Source: Chrysomallon squamiferum (lineage: Eukaryota > Animalia > Mollusca). Taken from it: DNA of 64,000 nucleotides. The translations under genes were made by a program, and so were the position numbers. Where the stretch lies: assembly GCA_012295275.1 (NCBI GenBank), contig CM022671.1:2232001-2296000 (forward strand), read 5' to 3'. This document shows, in pieces, positions 12,876 through 35,669 of the stretch. Position 1 is the first letter of the stretch. Every line of letters starts with the position of its first letter. A model generated the notes under the pieces. It ran no database searches. It was not told where the DNA came from and was given only the letters and a program-made list of their open reading frames with translations.

Positions 12876-15688
12876 TCATTTCTTTCTTTCTTTCTTTCTT
12901 TATTTATTTATATACGTTAATATGACAAACAATCGGTGTATTACATAATATGAATGGAAGTTTTGTATTTAGAAGTCTTGTAAATTAATTAAAATTCTTT
13001 GTTCATCTTTAATCTTTCTTTCTTTACTCCTTTGTGCTTCTCTATTATATTGTAACTGTTTTTTATTCAAGATATTTACACAAGAAAATGTGTGTTTTTT
13101 CGTTATTTCTTCTCTCTCCTTCCTTTCTCTTTACTTCTTTATTATCCTGAAAATAAGTAAATTGTCAACTGAAAGACTTTTCTTATGTGAATTTGTATTT
13201 CATTCTTATATTTATTTATTTACTGATATATTTAAAAACAACAACTACGACAACAAAAAACGTTACAAGAAATATACTATTTCTAACACGTACAATTTTT
13301 ATATTTGTTATAATATTAATTTAAAAAACAAACAAAACAAAACTCTGTCATCTGTAGACGTTATAACATACGTATGTCGTAACGCTAACTAATAATACAC
13401 AAATGACTTTTGTTAGGTGTTTCGTTACGGATTATATGTGCATATATACACCAAGAAAAATGTCAGCTTTGGCTTTTTAACTGACAGAAACAAATTAACG
13501 TGTTTATCAGAGGAAGCCGCTGTGAAGCAAGCCTTTCGTAGTCTTTTTCTCTTAAAAGTACGGGGCTGAGCGTGTCTTTGTTTCCAATCTTTTTCATACC
13601 AGTGGTATAAAAATACAGATCTCCGTCTACGTAAAGAAATATACACTGTCATTAGGTCTTTCTTGTGCTCAAGTGTCACTGCTATTGATCGTTACTAAGC
13701 TCACTGTGACATGCGCAGAACAGTTGTTTTATTCTGTGTCGTAAGTAGAAAGATTAACTGATTACACTGATACCAGGATCTGAGTGGAAAACAGCAAAAA
13801 AAACAGTGCGAAAGACACAAAACACAACGACGTTAGCTGGTTAGTTCGTCAGAGGGATATACCTGTTTGGATTTATATACATATACGGAGGTAAAACATT
13901 TAGATTAACTTTACTATTCTACTTAAAACTTAAGTGTTATATCATCTATTTCAGCTTCTTTGAACTTAATATCATCGTATATAAAGCAATTTGTTTCTGT
14001 TTCTGCCTTATATAAGTTTTATTATTATTATTATTATTAATTACATTGACTACAGCAGAATGTTTATATTAAAACTAATTTAAAAATGTCTTATACATTA
14101 CAGTTTACAGATCTGATGATAAAATAAATACGTGTTGTGTCTGTGTGTGTCTGTACAACTAGTATGTAAATATAATTATACTGTCGTCTGTTTTCTTTTA
14201 AACTATTTTTTTATATGTTCTCAGTCGCTTTATTTAATAAGGATACATTCATACATAGATACACATACATATGCCTGTACATATATATAAAGTCAAATTT
14301 GTAAAGCTAGGACTTAAAACTTTACACAAGAGTACTGATTCATCCCGATAGTCACGTAGATGATATTACATAATTATTTGTTTCTTTCTTTTCTGTCTCT
14401 GATATTAAAGATTCAACAAGGAAACCTTTTATTTTAAATACGAAAATATTTCTTAGAATGATGTTATAAGGACTGATTTGTCAAATTAATTAAACCTTTG
14501 GGTCACTGTTTACAGAGCGCATGATACACATCAGTGAATAAATTCCAAGAGGAACTATTCATACTTATTTATATATATGTTCTTAGTAATGTAGACCCTA
14601 TATATTGACACAGAGATAAACAAGCTACATAAACAAAAAATTCGTCTTAATTTTGTTTGAAATATATAAAAGCACTGAATTTATTTCCAACAGTTCTGAC
14701 TGATTATTTTATCACAAGATTAGTGTAAACTATTAAAGTGATTCGATCGCAATGACAGTATCTAATGAAGAATGTAATAAAATGGTTTGTTTCGAGAAAA
14801 CATGCTGGCAAAATAACAAAAAACAAATGGATGTAAGTAGATGCCACAGAAAACATATAGTGAGAACGGGTTTTAAAAATCAGGATTAATTTGAAGGACA
14901 TTTTAAATAGAAACGATGAACAAGGTTGATTTATTATTTTAGAGAAATCTGTTAAATGATAATAAATTAAGAGTTTATTAATATATAAACATAAATTTGT
15001 ATCCTGAATTATATAGTCTAATAGTTATTCCTAAAGTTTTATCGGTGTTTAAAACTGTTAACCTCCCTTTAATAAAATTATGTTGAAATAGGAAGATGAA
15101 ATAGGCCTCCTACTGACAGAATATTTCTTGATTTTTCTAAGTGTTAATGATTATAAACTCCAGTTTTACTATTTTGCTCTATGTACGATAATCTTTTGAA
15201 AGGCGCAAGAGGCTCCTTATCTAATATTAAGTTGTAGTTTTAATAACCTATTTATTTGTTTATTTTTACATTTGGTATTATTCTTCTCAGTGGCTACCTT
15301 CTTTCTATAAAATTATTTTATGTAAAAAAATATTATGAACTGTTTTACTGTCATGTGGCACTTTAATAAACAATATAATTCAATTATTAGAAGACAGTAG
15401 ATATTAGCAAGTAATTAAAATTACAAGTCATTTCATGAGATTATAGACACCAACAAAATTTAAACAAATTGGAATCTAATAAAAGGTTATGGAATTTGAA
15501 ACTAAGGAAATAAAGTTTAAAATTAAATGTAACTAGTCGATACAATTCTGAAACTAAAAATGAACGAAAGAATGAATGAATAAAATTAACTAATTTAACA
15601 TAAAAAAAAAAAAAAAAAATTCAATTTAACAGTAAGACACTTCTTTATATTTTGCTGTTTCAGGAGTATGAAGAAAATGAGTAAAAAC

Positions 15689-25631
<9,943 letters not shown>

Positions 25632-26995
25632 CTTTCAGAAGAATATGGTAGAATAAAGAAGACTGAAATGAAGTTGAAATCCTTTGATGTTTGTTTTGTT
25701 TTATTGATGTTAATATTGGGATTTAAAAGAGCTAAGATAATTTCACATATATCTGAAGTACTGACTACTATCAGTACATAATCTATAAATATGAGAAAAA
25801 CGAAAAATATTTAATGGAATATTGTGCATATTATGCATTACTTGACATCCGAAGACGGCTGGATTCAGGACATTATGAAAGGAACTCGTTTCATAGGAAT
25901 AAATTCATAGAGAGACAAATTGATAGATGTTTTATATTCGAATAAAATAAATAATAGTAATGACGTGTTTATAGCATAATATCTGCTACATAGATACATT
26001 TTGATGAAGGATTTGTTAATTTATAAACACAAGACAAGTTATGAATTTAAATGTTTGTACATTAGAAAAGTACATTCAGAAATGGATATATGTGTATGTA
26101 TATATGTGTGTGTATATATATATATGAAGTAACCAGTTATTTTATTTATTCTGTAATCCTAACTAATATAAAAATGTTCTCAACTCACTGCTCTCAAGAA
26201 TAGTAGATTCAAGTATACTGATATCGTTTCAGCCTCCAAAATAGTTCTTAAATAGCAACAATTTATATATTTTTTCAATGAAAATTATTTTCAAACTGTT
26301 CTTTTAAGCTCTGAGTCAGCAATTAAACAGAAGTAACTTTAAACTTTTTGTAAATGGTATTCTGTTTATCGAGAAATCAGTGTTCAGCTTATCCTTGTTC
26401 GATTATATACAGATCCAAAAAAAAAATGTTTGTTTTAAAGAAAGCGGCTTTTTTTCTGAATGTTTGTGATTTAAAATAGTTTAGTTGTGTATGTGGTTTT
26501 AAATATTTGTACTCAACGTTTAGAGCTATTAAGATTTCAGTACGAATTAATTACGTTGTGCCAAGTTTATAAATCAGAAAATAGATGAACTTTGTATTTA
26601 TTTCTGGTTATGTGCTTCAGTTTAAGCTTTCGCTAATGTACACACTTGTAAATATCATCTGCTGTTGCTGGTTTTTTGTATCAATAAATACATTTACATC
26701 TATATGTGTCTGTGTGTGTGTCTGTATATTTATCAAATTCATTTGAGTTAAGTCTTCTATTTATTTTGTTATTTATTTAATATTTATATCTGTACGTAGT
26801 TTGTGTGCTCTGGATTCTTATCTTGTCTCTAGACTGATTATACAAATGTAGAGAATCGTTTTATTCATATTAAGCATTACTTTGATGTGTTGTTTATAAA
26901 TTAATAAAACATAAAATAAAACAAAAATAAAAAAATACGTGTCTAATTAACTGTTTATTCTTTTCGTTTTAAGTTAGTGTATATGTACAAGTGTT

Positions 26996-27149
26996 CTACA
27001 GTCTGTCACAGATTACCATTTTTCTTACTGCAAACAGCTGGAGAAACTTTCGTTTTGCAAAGCGTTAGAAAAGTCACCATGCAGTTTCCGAAAATACCGA
27101 CATAGAAAAAACACTCAATAATGAAAGCCCATAGAGTTTGTAGTTCCAT
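26996..27149 (-). pseudogene. Class A GPCR remnant (TM1 fused to C-terminus by a ~610-bp deletion)
   Basis: MELQTLWAFIIECFFYVGIFGNCMVTFLTLCKTKVSPAV (GxxGN TM1 motif), then jumps to sequence matching 44517-44549. Confidence 0.65.
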
Positions 27150-27160
27150 TGTTCAAAAAC

Positions 27161-27193
<33 letters not shown>

Positions 27194-27533
27194 GTTTTTT
27201 CTTCTTTTTTTTCACAAAGGCTGTCTTTCTTGCAATACTGTCAGAGCTTTAAATCTGAAAATCAATTATTATTATATAAGTAAAGCAACAATAACAAAAA
27301 ATATATATAAAGGCACAAAACTAAAAATATCTGTCTCAGTATGAAGTATACACGAGAATAAAATGATACAACAACAACATTATTAATATGATTATTATTA
27401 TTATTAGTAGTAGTAGTAGTAGTCGTATTAGCAGTAGTATTAGTACTATTAGTATTATTATTATTGCTCATTATAAAGTCCTATTTCTTTAATGCAACTT
27501 GCTTGTGAAGAATTGTTACACTGCATTTAAAGT

Positions 27534-28685
27534 TCAGATGTTTAAATTATTGTTTCCCAGGCTCTTGTATATTTTTGTAAGAAATTTGTCGTCGCCACTG
27601 GTGACGTTGGTCATCATACTCATGCACAGCATCTGGTCACGTGGATCTGACCAACCTCCATACCCTCCCGTAAGCTTGATAGTTTGTCTCTCCATATTAA
27701 TGATATAAATGTATCTAGGGAAGAGGTTTGACCTGTAATGTTTTAGAATTTGTCTGACAAAACTTACAGTGTCCTCAACACTGCAATTGGTCACATTTCT
27801 GTGAATACCATGACACTTGCCAATATGGAAAATTCGATTGGATATAGAAGTTAAAATGTTAAGATTATCTTTGAGGCAAACCTTCATGACATACTGCAGA
27901 CTGAAGTCCCAGTTGTAATCATCATACGTGCAAAAGTATTTCGCACACGATCTCAGTATGTCCCAAAACTCTCTCGAAAAAGCGAGTCCACCAAAGATTC
28001 CTGGGTAGTATAACTGCACTTTAGCCATGTGCGATGCTGACGTAAACACCATTTCAGAAATATCTTCGTTACTCCACATAGTGAACATCTTGACAGAAGG
28101 ATACCATTCTTTTTTCAGCTCATTGAGTTTACGAATAAAATAAATAACATCATCAGCTAAATAATAATCATCTTCCAAACGCAGCACAGTTCCGTTAAAT
28201 TCACGTAATAGCCTTACCCTGTCGAACACAAAATGGATTTTCCACAACCAGTGATGTTTTATCTGAGAGACATGGCCTTTCCGGTAATGGCTAAATGTAT
28301 CTGGATATAAGGCATTGTTACAGTTCAGATTCACTGCAGCTGTCTGACTGCTAGATGAAGGACAGTCGTTCGGATGGTCGCCTGGGAAGCTCTTGGGATA
28401 TATCTGAATAGAGTAGGGACAGAATATCTGCATAAAGAGACAGAAATCTATAGCTTGGATTATATCGAATATCTCTTCATTGTAGAAATCGTGACTAAAT
28501 ATGAGCAGAGATTCGTTAATGTACAGCACGTTACGAAGAGATTCCACGAGCAGGCTCAAGGTTTCTGCTCGATCGTGAACCTGAACAAGAATAATGACAG
28601 AATCTTTATTCAAGCTGATTGCAAATTTATCCAAATTCTTAACCTGTTGTTCTCTGTTCAACTTGGTGGCCAACAATTTTAACAT
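27534..28685 (-). CDS. MGAT2: Alpha-1,6-mannosyl-glycoprotein 2-beta-N-acetylglucosaminyltransferase (GnT-II, GT16): catalytic domain intact, N-terminal anchor deleted; may be a pseudogene
   Basis: Intronless 383-aa ORF with MGAT2 motifs VQVHDR, LLIFSHD, PYSIQIYP..FPG..PNDCP, QIKHHWLWK, LEDDYY, FCTYDDYNWD, GGWSDPRD..LC. Lacks ~130 bp present at ~41957-42085 that encodes start, tail and TM. Confidence 0.9.
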   Translation of the reverse strand: MLKLLATKLNREQQVKNLDKFAISLNKDSVIILVQVHDRAETLSLLVESLRNVLYINESLLIFSHDFYNEEIFDIIQAIDFCLFMQIFCPYSIQIYPKSFPGDHPNDCPSSSSQTAAVNLNCNNALYPDTFSHYRKGHVSQIKHHWLWKIHFVFDRVRLLREFNGTVLRLEDDYYLADDVIYFIRKLNELKKEWYPSVKMFTMWSNEDISEMVFTSASHMAKVQLYYPGIFGGLAFSREFWDILRSCAKYFCTYDDYNWDFSLQYVMKVCLKDNLNILTSISNRIFHIGKCHGIHRNVTNCSVEDTVSFVRQILKHYRSNLFPRYIYIINMERQTIKLTGGYGGWSDPRDQMLCMSMMTNVTSGDDKFLTKIYKSLGNNNLNI

Positions 28686-29570
28686 CTTTATATCAGATTG
28701 CAGTATATTTCGTTTTGCCGAAGAGTCGAATGGTTCATGAATCTTTGCTTTCTGAAATTAAAGTAGTGTCTTTAGTTCTACTCACAGTGCATATTGTCAT
28801 CAGGTTAGCAATTTCAACTATAGTTACTGTGGAGCACAAGAAGAATCGAACAGCCATCTTAAAAGATTTTCGCCAAAAGAACAGAAAAATACTAATCTGA
28901 AATGTCCATCGGTTGATTTTGAACACCTCGCTGGAAATTCATTTAAGATTTGAAATTCAAACTCAAAATTTAGGACTCTGGCTCACAGACTAACAAAGGT
29001 CAACAACAGCCTGAACGAAAGAGTAGATTAAAGAGCAAGGTTGGGTCAGTGTACACTCACTTCCAGTGTTTCGTGTTTTTTCTTACTTCATTGTACAAAT
29101 GTGTTCTTAAGTAAAACTGTTGTTCAGTTCAAGCAACTGTTTCATTAAGTGGTTTAATGTGGGCTATCAAAGAATGATTACTGTATTTTAAATTAGTACT
29201 CAGAAAGTAGTAAGGAAGATATTTGTAAAGAAAACGTTTTTGTTTTTTTTGTTTGATGCACTGAGAATTAAATAATTATCAGTTCGCATAGAAACGAAAT
29301 AAAATGATATAAATAAATAAATAAATAAATAAATTAAAAATGATTTAATGAACAAACAAACAGTGAACTTTGCAAGCAAAGAAAGACAAGAATTTTAGTA
29401 TTACCCCTATTTCTACAACTACTACTACTGCTGCTGTTTCGATTACCTCTACCACTACTATTACTACTGCTACTAAGAGTGTTGTTCCTTCTGTTATTAC
29501 CATTTTTATTGCTACAACTACTATTACTGTTACTATCAATACCACTACTACTATGAATAATAATAATAAT

Positions 29571-29612
<42 letters not shown>

Positions 29613-31040
29613 AATAATAATGAGAAGAAGAAGAAGAAGAAGAAGAAGAAGAAAACAAAACAAATTACCATTTTGAATAAATCTTTATCACGAAGAAAAC
29701 CTAATTGGAAATTCTTAAATAGTATTATAATGTAAAATTATAAATAACAGTTTCCTCGAAACGGCTAAGATTATCTGCTGAATTTCAGTCACAATTACCT
29801 GTGTGTCTGTATCGCTTCAGCCAGTGCCAATGGTTAAGTGTGATTCACAAGTAGATAAATGTTGAATAAATTATTTGTCACCACTTTATATGTTCTCACA
29901 GAAACAGTGTGTCCAGAAAAATCAGAACGAGGCTCATCTGAATATCCTAAATTATTATTCTTTAATTACGTTTTTAAACAGTGTTTATAACGAGGCTCAC
30001 TAGTGAATAGAATACATTTGATTTTGCTCTTCAGAAAGAAGAGAGAGAAAACCAAGGCTAATAGTCTTGCTAATTTGAATTAAAATACAACTTCTCTGTG
30101 AAATAAAGACTACTACACGTGTGTATTTTGAAGTATACGGATTGTGTAATTGTGAATCATCTAGTCAACCCTGAGAAATACCTTAATAAATAAATATGAC
30201 ATTAAATATAATTTATATGAAATTTTATTTATTTAATTATGTAATTTCATTTTTTAATTTCTAATTTTCAAATAATTTTTTATTAATTAATTTATTTATT
30301 TATTTTACAATTGTTTGTTTTTTGGTTGTTTTTTTAAAATATACTTTTTATTATTATTATTATTATTATTCTATAGATTGCACATAATATATTTGAACAC
30401 GGATCTATGTAAACCTCGCTTGGAATTAGGTAAATATAACGATCATGCATTTTAACGTGGGATATTTTACACAAACCGGCATCTGAAAACAGATTTTACA
30501 TCCCTTTATTTATTTATTTGTTTGTTTATTTATTCGGTGTGCATTGTTTTGTATTTTTGTACCAGCACAAGACACTGTGCAAGCTATTCACTTGAGAAAA
30601 TGACATTTGGACTGCACCTGCATCACATGTTGTTTGTTTTTGTGCACTTACTGCAGATTTCAAGAAGAAAGCACGAATTATATAAAAACGTTTAACATTG
30701 ATTTTACTAAGGTAAATATATGCATCGTGCTCTATATCTGTAAATACAAATATTTTATTTCGCAGAAATTATTTCTATGCATTTAAATGTTATCATTACA
30801 ATAGACAGACATTGGAGTTAAACAATACAGAAAAGCATGCTGACATAAAGTGTCTGTAGAAAACATTTTCTTTTAATCTGCCTTGTTAATTGCACTGTTA
30901 TTATTATTATTATTGTTGTTGTTACTGTTGCTGTTGATTAGCTTCTTATCTCCTCCGAGAATTTACAAACAAATGTTAACTATAACCAGCCATTAGTATG
31001 TTCAAGCTTACATAAACATTCAGACACATGAACACAAATG

Positions 31041-31072
<32 letters not shown>

Positions 31073-31959
31073 CACACACACATATATTCGTACACGGAAG
31101 AGATAAGAAGATAATGGACAAATTGTCTGAATGTTTGTGGGTAAATAAAATTATATTTTTGAACAAAACGCAGCGGTTCTCTTTGATTCACACGGAGGTC
31201 ACAGGTGAGAAACTTTCCTGGCTTTCACAAGCGTTTGGCATCAGGGTATTGTAAGATACCTTTCCCCGTTGTCTTGTATTCTGTCATTATATAGTGTAAT
31301 CTTAATTAGAATTCAACACACTGATTTTAAACTAAGTTTCCCCAAAACCGTAAATAATCTAGTTGGCTTTTAATTTCTTGTGTAGGTTTACAAAATATGT
31401 TTGTAAATTAATAAATAACTCAAGCTGTACTCTTGTTGGTGTCTTATTTATCTAGTGGATGTGTTATACTGTCAAAATAATAATTTATTTATTTATTTAT
31501 TTATTTATATATCACCACAGAATATACATTATAAAATGTAGTACAGCTAAAACATGCATATATATCAAAATATAAAAGTAAATAAATGTGTTAAAATTAT
31601 CAGTACAAAAACAACCCAACACAAAAGGGGAAAAAAAAGAAGAAGAAAAAGCCCACATAAATATTTTCTACATATTACTAGCAGTATTTGTTATATAAAT
31701 ACAAAGTGTGTGTTATGGTAACAAATATACAAGAGTACATTATGGCAAAAATAAGATTGACAAATACATATAATCTTTGCATATTTTTGCATTTTCCATC
31801 CCTAAATAATTATGACATATTTATAATTTATGCAAATAATTTTTTACAAATATTCCATTCTTCAAATTTAATTGTTCTCTGTTATTTATTTTACATATAT
31901 ATTTATCTGTTTAATAATACATGTTCAGAATATATCCAGTCAAAGTTTGATTTATATCT

Positions 31960-32450
31960 GTAGTGCTTGGCAATTAACAATTTTAAATTGATTATATTAT
32001 CTTTTTCAGAATAATTTTGTTGTGTAAAGTAATTGTCCATTTGTTCTCATAAATTATAGTTTTCCAGGATGTCTGATCATGTTTACATAACCAAAACATA
32101 TGCATTAAATCTTCACTGAACTTATGACAAAATTCACATTTCTCTGAATCCTTCATACCACATGATCCCAATTGCTTATTTCTTGTTAAAATAAAAAACA
32201 AAATCTTTTACTGAAAATATCTATATCCTGTGTGAGAAGAAGTTATATACTTTCCCCCATTTGTCAAAGAATTCTAAACCAACAATATGCTGCCATTTTA
32301 TTATCATATTTATTTTATGCTTTGAAATTGTTTCTATTACATGATCATTATAGAAATTTTGTACAAACATTTGTATCAAACAGTTAGGAATTCCTAGTGT
32401 ATTTAATGTTACTTGTTTATAATAGTTTTTAAAAATAAAAGTAAATGTGA
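31960..32450 (-). mobile_element. Degenerate non-LTR retrotransposon (L1/Tx1-like) 3' ORF2 fragment
   Basis: ORF 31992-32201: LTRNKQL..CGMKDSEKCEFCHKFSEDLMHMFWLC, a CxxC-x7-H-x4-C zinc knuckle typical of L1/Tx1 ORF2 C-termini. Confidence 0.7.
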
Positions 32451-32534
32451 GAAAACTGAAATAATATTTCTAATGGAGGTAATTATCATTCTTTAGGAGG
32501 ATTGTTTAGTTAACTACCCTTGTTCGTGTCTTTT

Positions 32535-32574
<40 letters not shown>

Positions 32575-33346
32575 ACAGGCACAGGCACAGGCACATCAAC
32601 AAAATGAATAATTATAATTCAGCATACAATTACTTTGCCTTTTCTAATTTTCTGTTTGCATAAATGGAGAGAAAAAATTTAATAAATATTCATACATGAT
32701 TTAAAAAGGTAACAAAAAAACCACCAACATATTTTAAAGATAAAACAAACAAACAAACAATTAAATAAATGAGCCCTTAACTAACTGTATAATAACAGTT
32801 TCAGCATACTGGTCTATTGCAATCTGGAGACGGTGTGATATTACAAAGTTCAGAGGTTGTTTTACGTAGCATTTGTTTTATGAAGTTAATGTGTAGGTAT
32901 GTAGCTTCACCCTTCTATTCTGCTACTGGAGTGTAAAATTTAAAATTAAAATTAATATCAGCATTCACCATTTATACAAATTTACAATAAAAATGAAATG
33001 CTTTACCTTTCTGTCTTCATGTATTTCTCTTTATTAGTCGTCTATTTGTAGATATATTTTCCTGTGTCGGTCTCCTATGTCTATCTATATATTTGCAGAA
33101 ATATTCATACATACATAGATACATACATACATTCATACATACATACATGCAAACACAGATACAGAGTATATATACATGTATCCATGCAAGCATCCACAGA
33201 GATATTTATTTATCCAACCATTCATGTTTCTATCATCTTTATTTTTGATCATTTAAATATATACATTTCAGATGTGAATACTAAACAAATTTAAAGTCCT
33301 GATTGCTAAGTCAGAACAACAAAAAAAAAAATAAATAATAATAAAA

Positions 33347-33377
<31 letters not shown>

Positions 33378-33901
33378 CTTAATGTAACTGTTTCCATAAC
33401 ACTGCTAGAAAATCTTTTAGGCAGGGTGAAATTCTACGAATATTACAAGAAAATTACTTTTAAAAAATCACTCGAATGTTGATCCGTCTAGTTAACCACT
33501 GCCAAGATATACACAAGTACAACAGTCGACCAGAACCAGATTATTTTCATCACTTTGTCTAAATACAGCAACTTGGTTTTGGTTTAAATATCTGGCAATT
33601 TCTGCTGCTAAGAGAACTGGAATGACAGCAACAAAAATCAAAATAAACAGATTTACAGTAGGTACTTAAATTCTTATGTGTATGCCTATGTTCCATTATT
33701 TCCAGATACATATTTATACCTAGGATGTATTTATGTGTTTGTATGTATGTATTTAGGTAGGTAGGTAGGCAGGTATGCATGTAGGTGTGTATATGTGTGT
33801 AAGCATGAATATATGTGTGTGTTTATGTATGTACGTTTGAATGTATGTATGTATGTATGTATGCATATTTGCATCTGCTCTGTCAGTCGGTATGTTTAGA
33901 T

Positions 33902-35669
33902 CAGTGGTTCCCAACCATTTTAGTACCATGCCCCACTTTTTTATCACAAATTTCTTCATGTCCCCCACCCGTTAATTATTTAGTATGATATAACAATATC
34001 AGTTAATTGTTTAGTATGATATAATAATATCAGTTAATTGTTTAGTGTGATAAAACAATATCAGTTAATTGTTTAGTATGATATAACAATATCAGTTAAT
34101 TGTTTAGTATGACATAACAATATCAGTTTTGAAGTATAACATAAAAAATTGTATCTTTCAAATAAAACTAAAGGGTTTAACTTCAAATTTAATCAAATAA
34201 AATCCATTTTATATTGTGTATAACATATCTGCTATCAGATTAAATAAATTCAATTACAATCAATTAATGAGACCCTTGAGCCTGATGTCTACTGCAAAGA
34301 GATTTTATCCGAGGCAGAAATTTTTTTAATTTCAATCTCAAGTCGCCTCATTTAGTGATATCCACTTGGTTTCTTTTCTTCAGTAATAAGTCATTCACAG
34401 CACTAAATCCACATTCCACTTATATGACAATGGGAATTGTAACAGTAGTTTTGTTGCCAAACTACTTGTATTTGGATATTTTGCTTGTGTTTCTTCACAG
34501 AGCCACATCATTGTTCCTTTTATTTTGAACAGGGCTTTAATCGAGTCATCATTTTGTAATTCTGAAAGTTCTCCTTGATACTCCATGGTTACATCTGACA
34601 GATCCACTAACAATGGCTGAGTCATCCAAGATGGATAATTAATTTCTTTCAAATCAGAAAATCTGAAGTTGAAATCGATTACCATTGTTTTTAAGTGCTC
34701 CACAATAACAAGACAAGTAGCATCTGTTACCTCACATTTATTCAAATTTTTTGACAGAAATATTTTCTTGGGATAATTTCATAAATGATATAAAGCCAAA
34801 TATTTTGGCCTTTGAATTAACAAGAGACCCATTTGTTCCTTGGAGCTCCTTATTTAAGACATTGAGTTTTTCAAATATATCTGCTAAATAACTGACAAGT
34901 GCTTTACCATCAACTGTCAGTAACACAGTCATATAAGGTTCCATGAATCTTTTCAGGCAATTCCCCTTTGATAACCACCTTACATCAGTATGAAGTAATA
35001 ATCTGTGAAAAGTGAAAATAAATTATTTATATACATAGGAAAATAAATTTAATATCTAACTTCTGTAACATACAAGGCACAATGTCAATATGCAGTTGCC
35101 ATTTCAAGTAAATATTGAGCTTTATATTGAGCTTTAAATTAATGTTACTGTAACAAGATCAATGAATGATTATTTTTTTTTACATTATTTTCAGAGAATA
35201 ACAAGATCAATAATCATAATGAAAAGCACTTTAATCAGCCCTCTCAGTGAAGCTAAAAAACAGTGACAGATAACTATATCAACACGAAACTTGCATTTGT
35301 GTTTAATTCAAAACTTCCATGCTTTATTGTGCACATTTAATTTGGTTGTAGTTAGTTTCCTCTGTTTTTTTTTTTAGCTTCAGTGGGGGCGTTGAGCAGC
35401 TGACTAAAACTCACCTTCTTAAACAAGTCAGAAGCCACACATATAGCTGGTGCCAGATGCACGATAACATTAGTGGGTGAACACTTGACTAGACTGCACA
35501 AGCTGTTGTGCTCACCTAGGCTGTAATTACAATTTTACCCTATAAATTTATAATTTTTACCCATATAGGTTAAAAAAAAAAATTATTACTATATTACTAT
35601 ATTTTTCATATTGCCCCCCTATTATTACTGAATTGCCCCCCAGCCTACGCCCCACATTGGGAATCACTG
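33902..35669 (-). mobile_element. Internally deleted hAT transposon, Charlie/Buster group
   Basis: TIRs cagtggttcccaa (33902) and ttgggaatcactg (ends 35669). 8-bp TSD gtttagat/gtctagat with central TA. Transposase remnant ~34265-35010: HRLLLHTDVRWLSKG, YLADIFEKLNVLNKELQG, frameshifted. Confidence 0.92.
33971..34127. repeat. 5 x 31-bp subterminal tandem repeat inside the hAT element
   Basis: gttaattgtttagtatgatataacaatatca units start at 33971, 34002, 34033, 34064 and 34095. Confidence 0.9.

Noticed and set aside
11353-13679. ORFs recurring almost identically at 53006-55287
   Set aside because: Conservation is explained by the recent duplication; no recognisable domains.
28374-28926. Short ORFs overlapping or just upstream of MGAT2 (and mirrors at 41794-42457)
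   Set aside because: Antisense shadows or probable non-coding upstream sequence.
33480-33660. Minus-strand hydrophobic, Cys-containing frame (VNLFILIFVAVIPVLLAAE...)
   Set aside because: No start codon or clear splice sites and no recognisable family.
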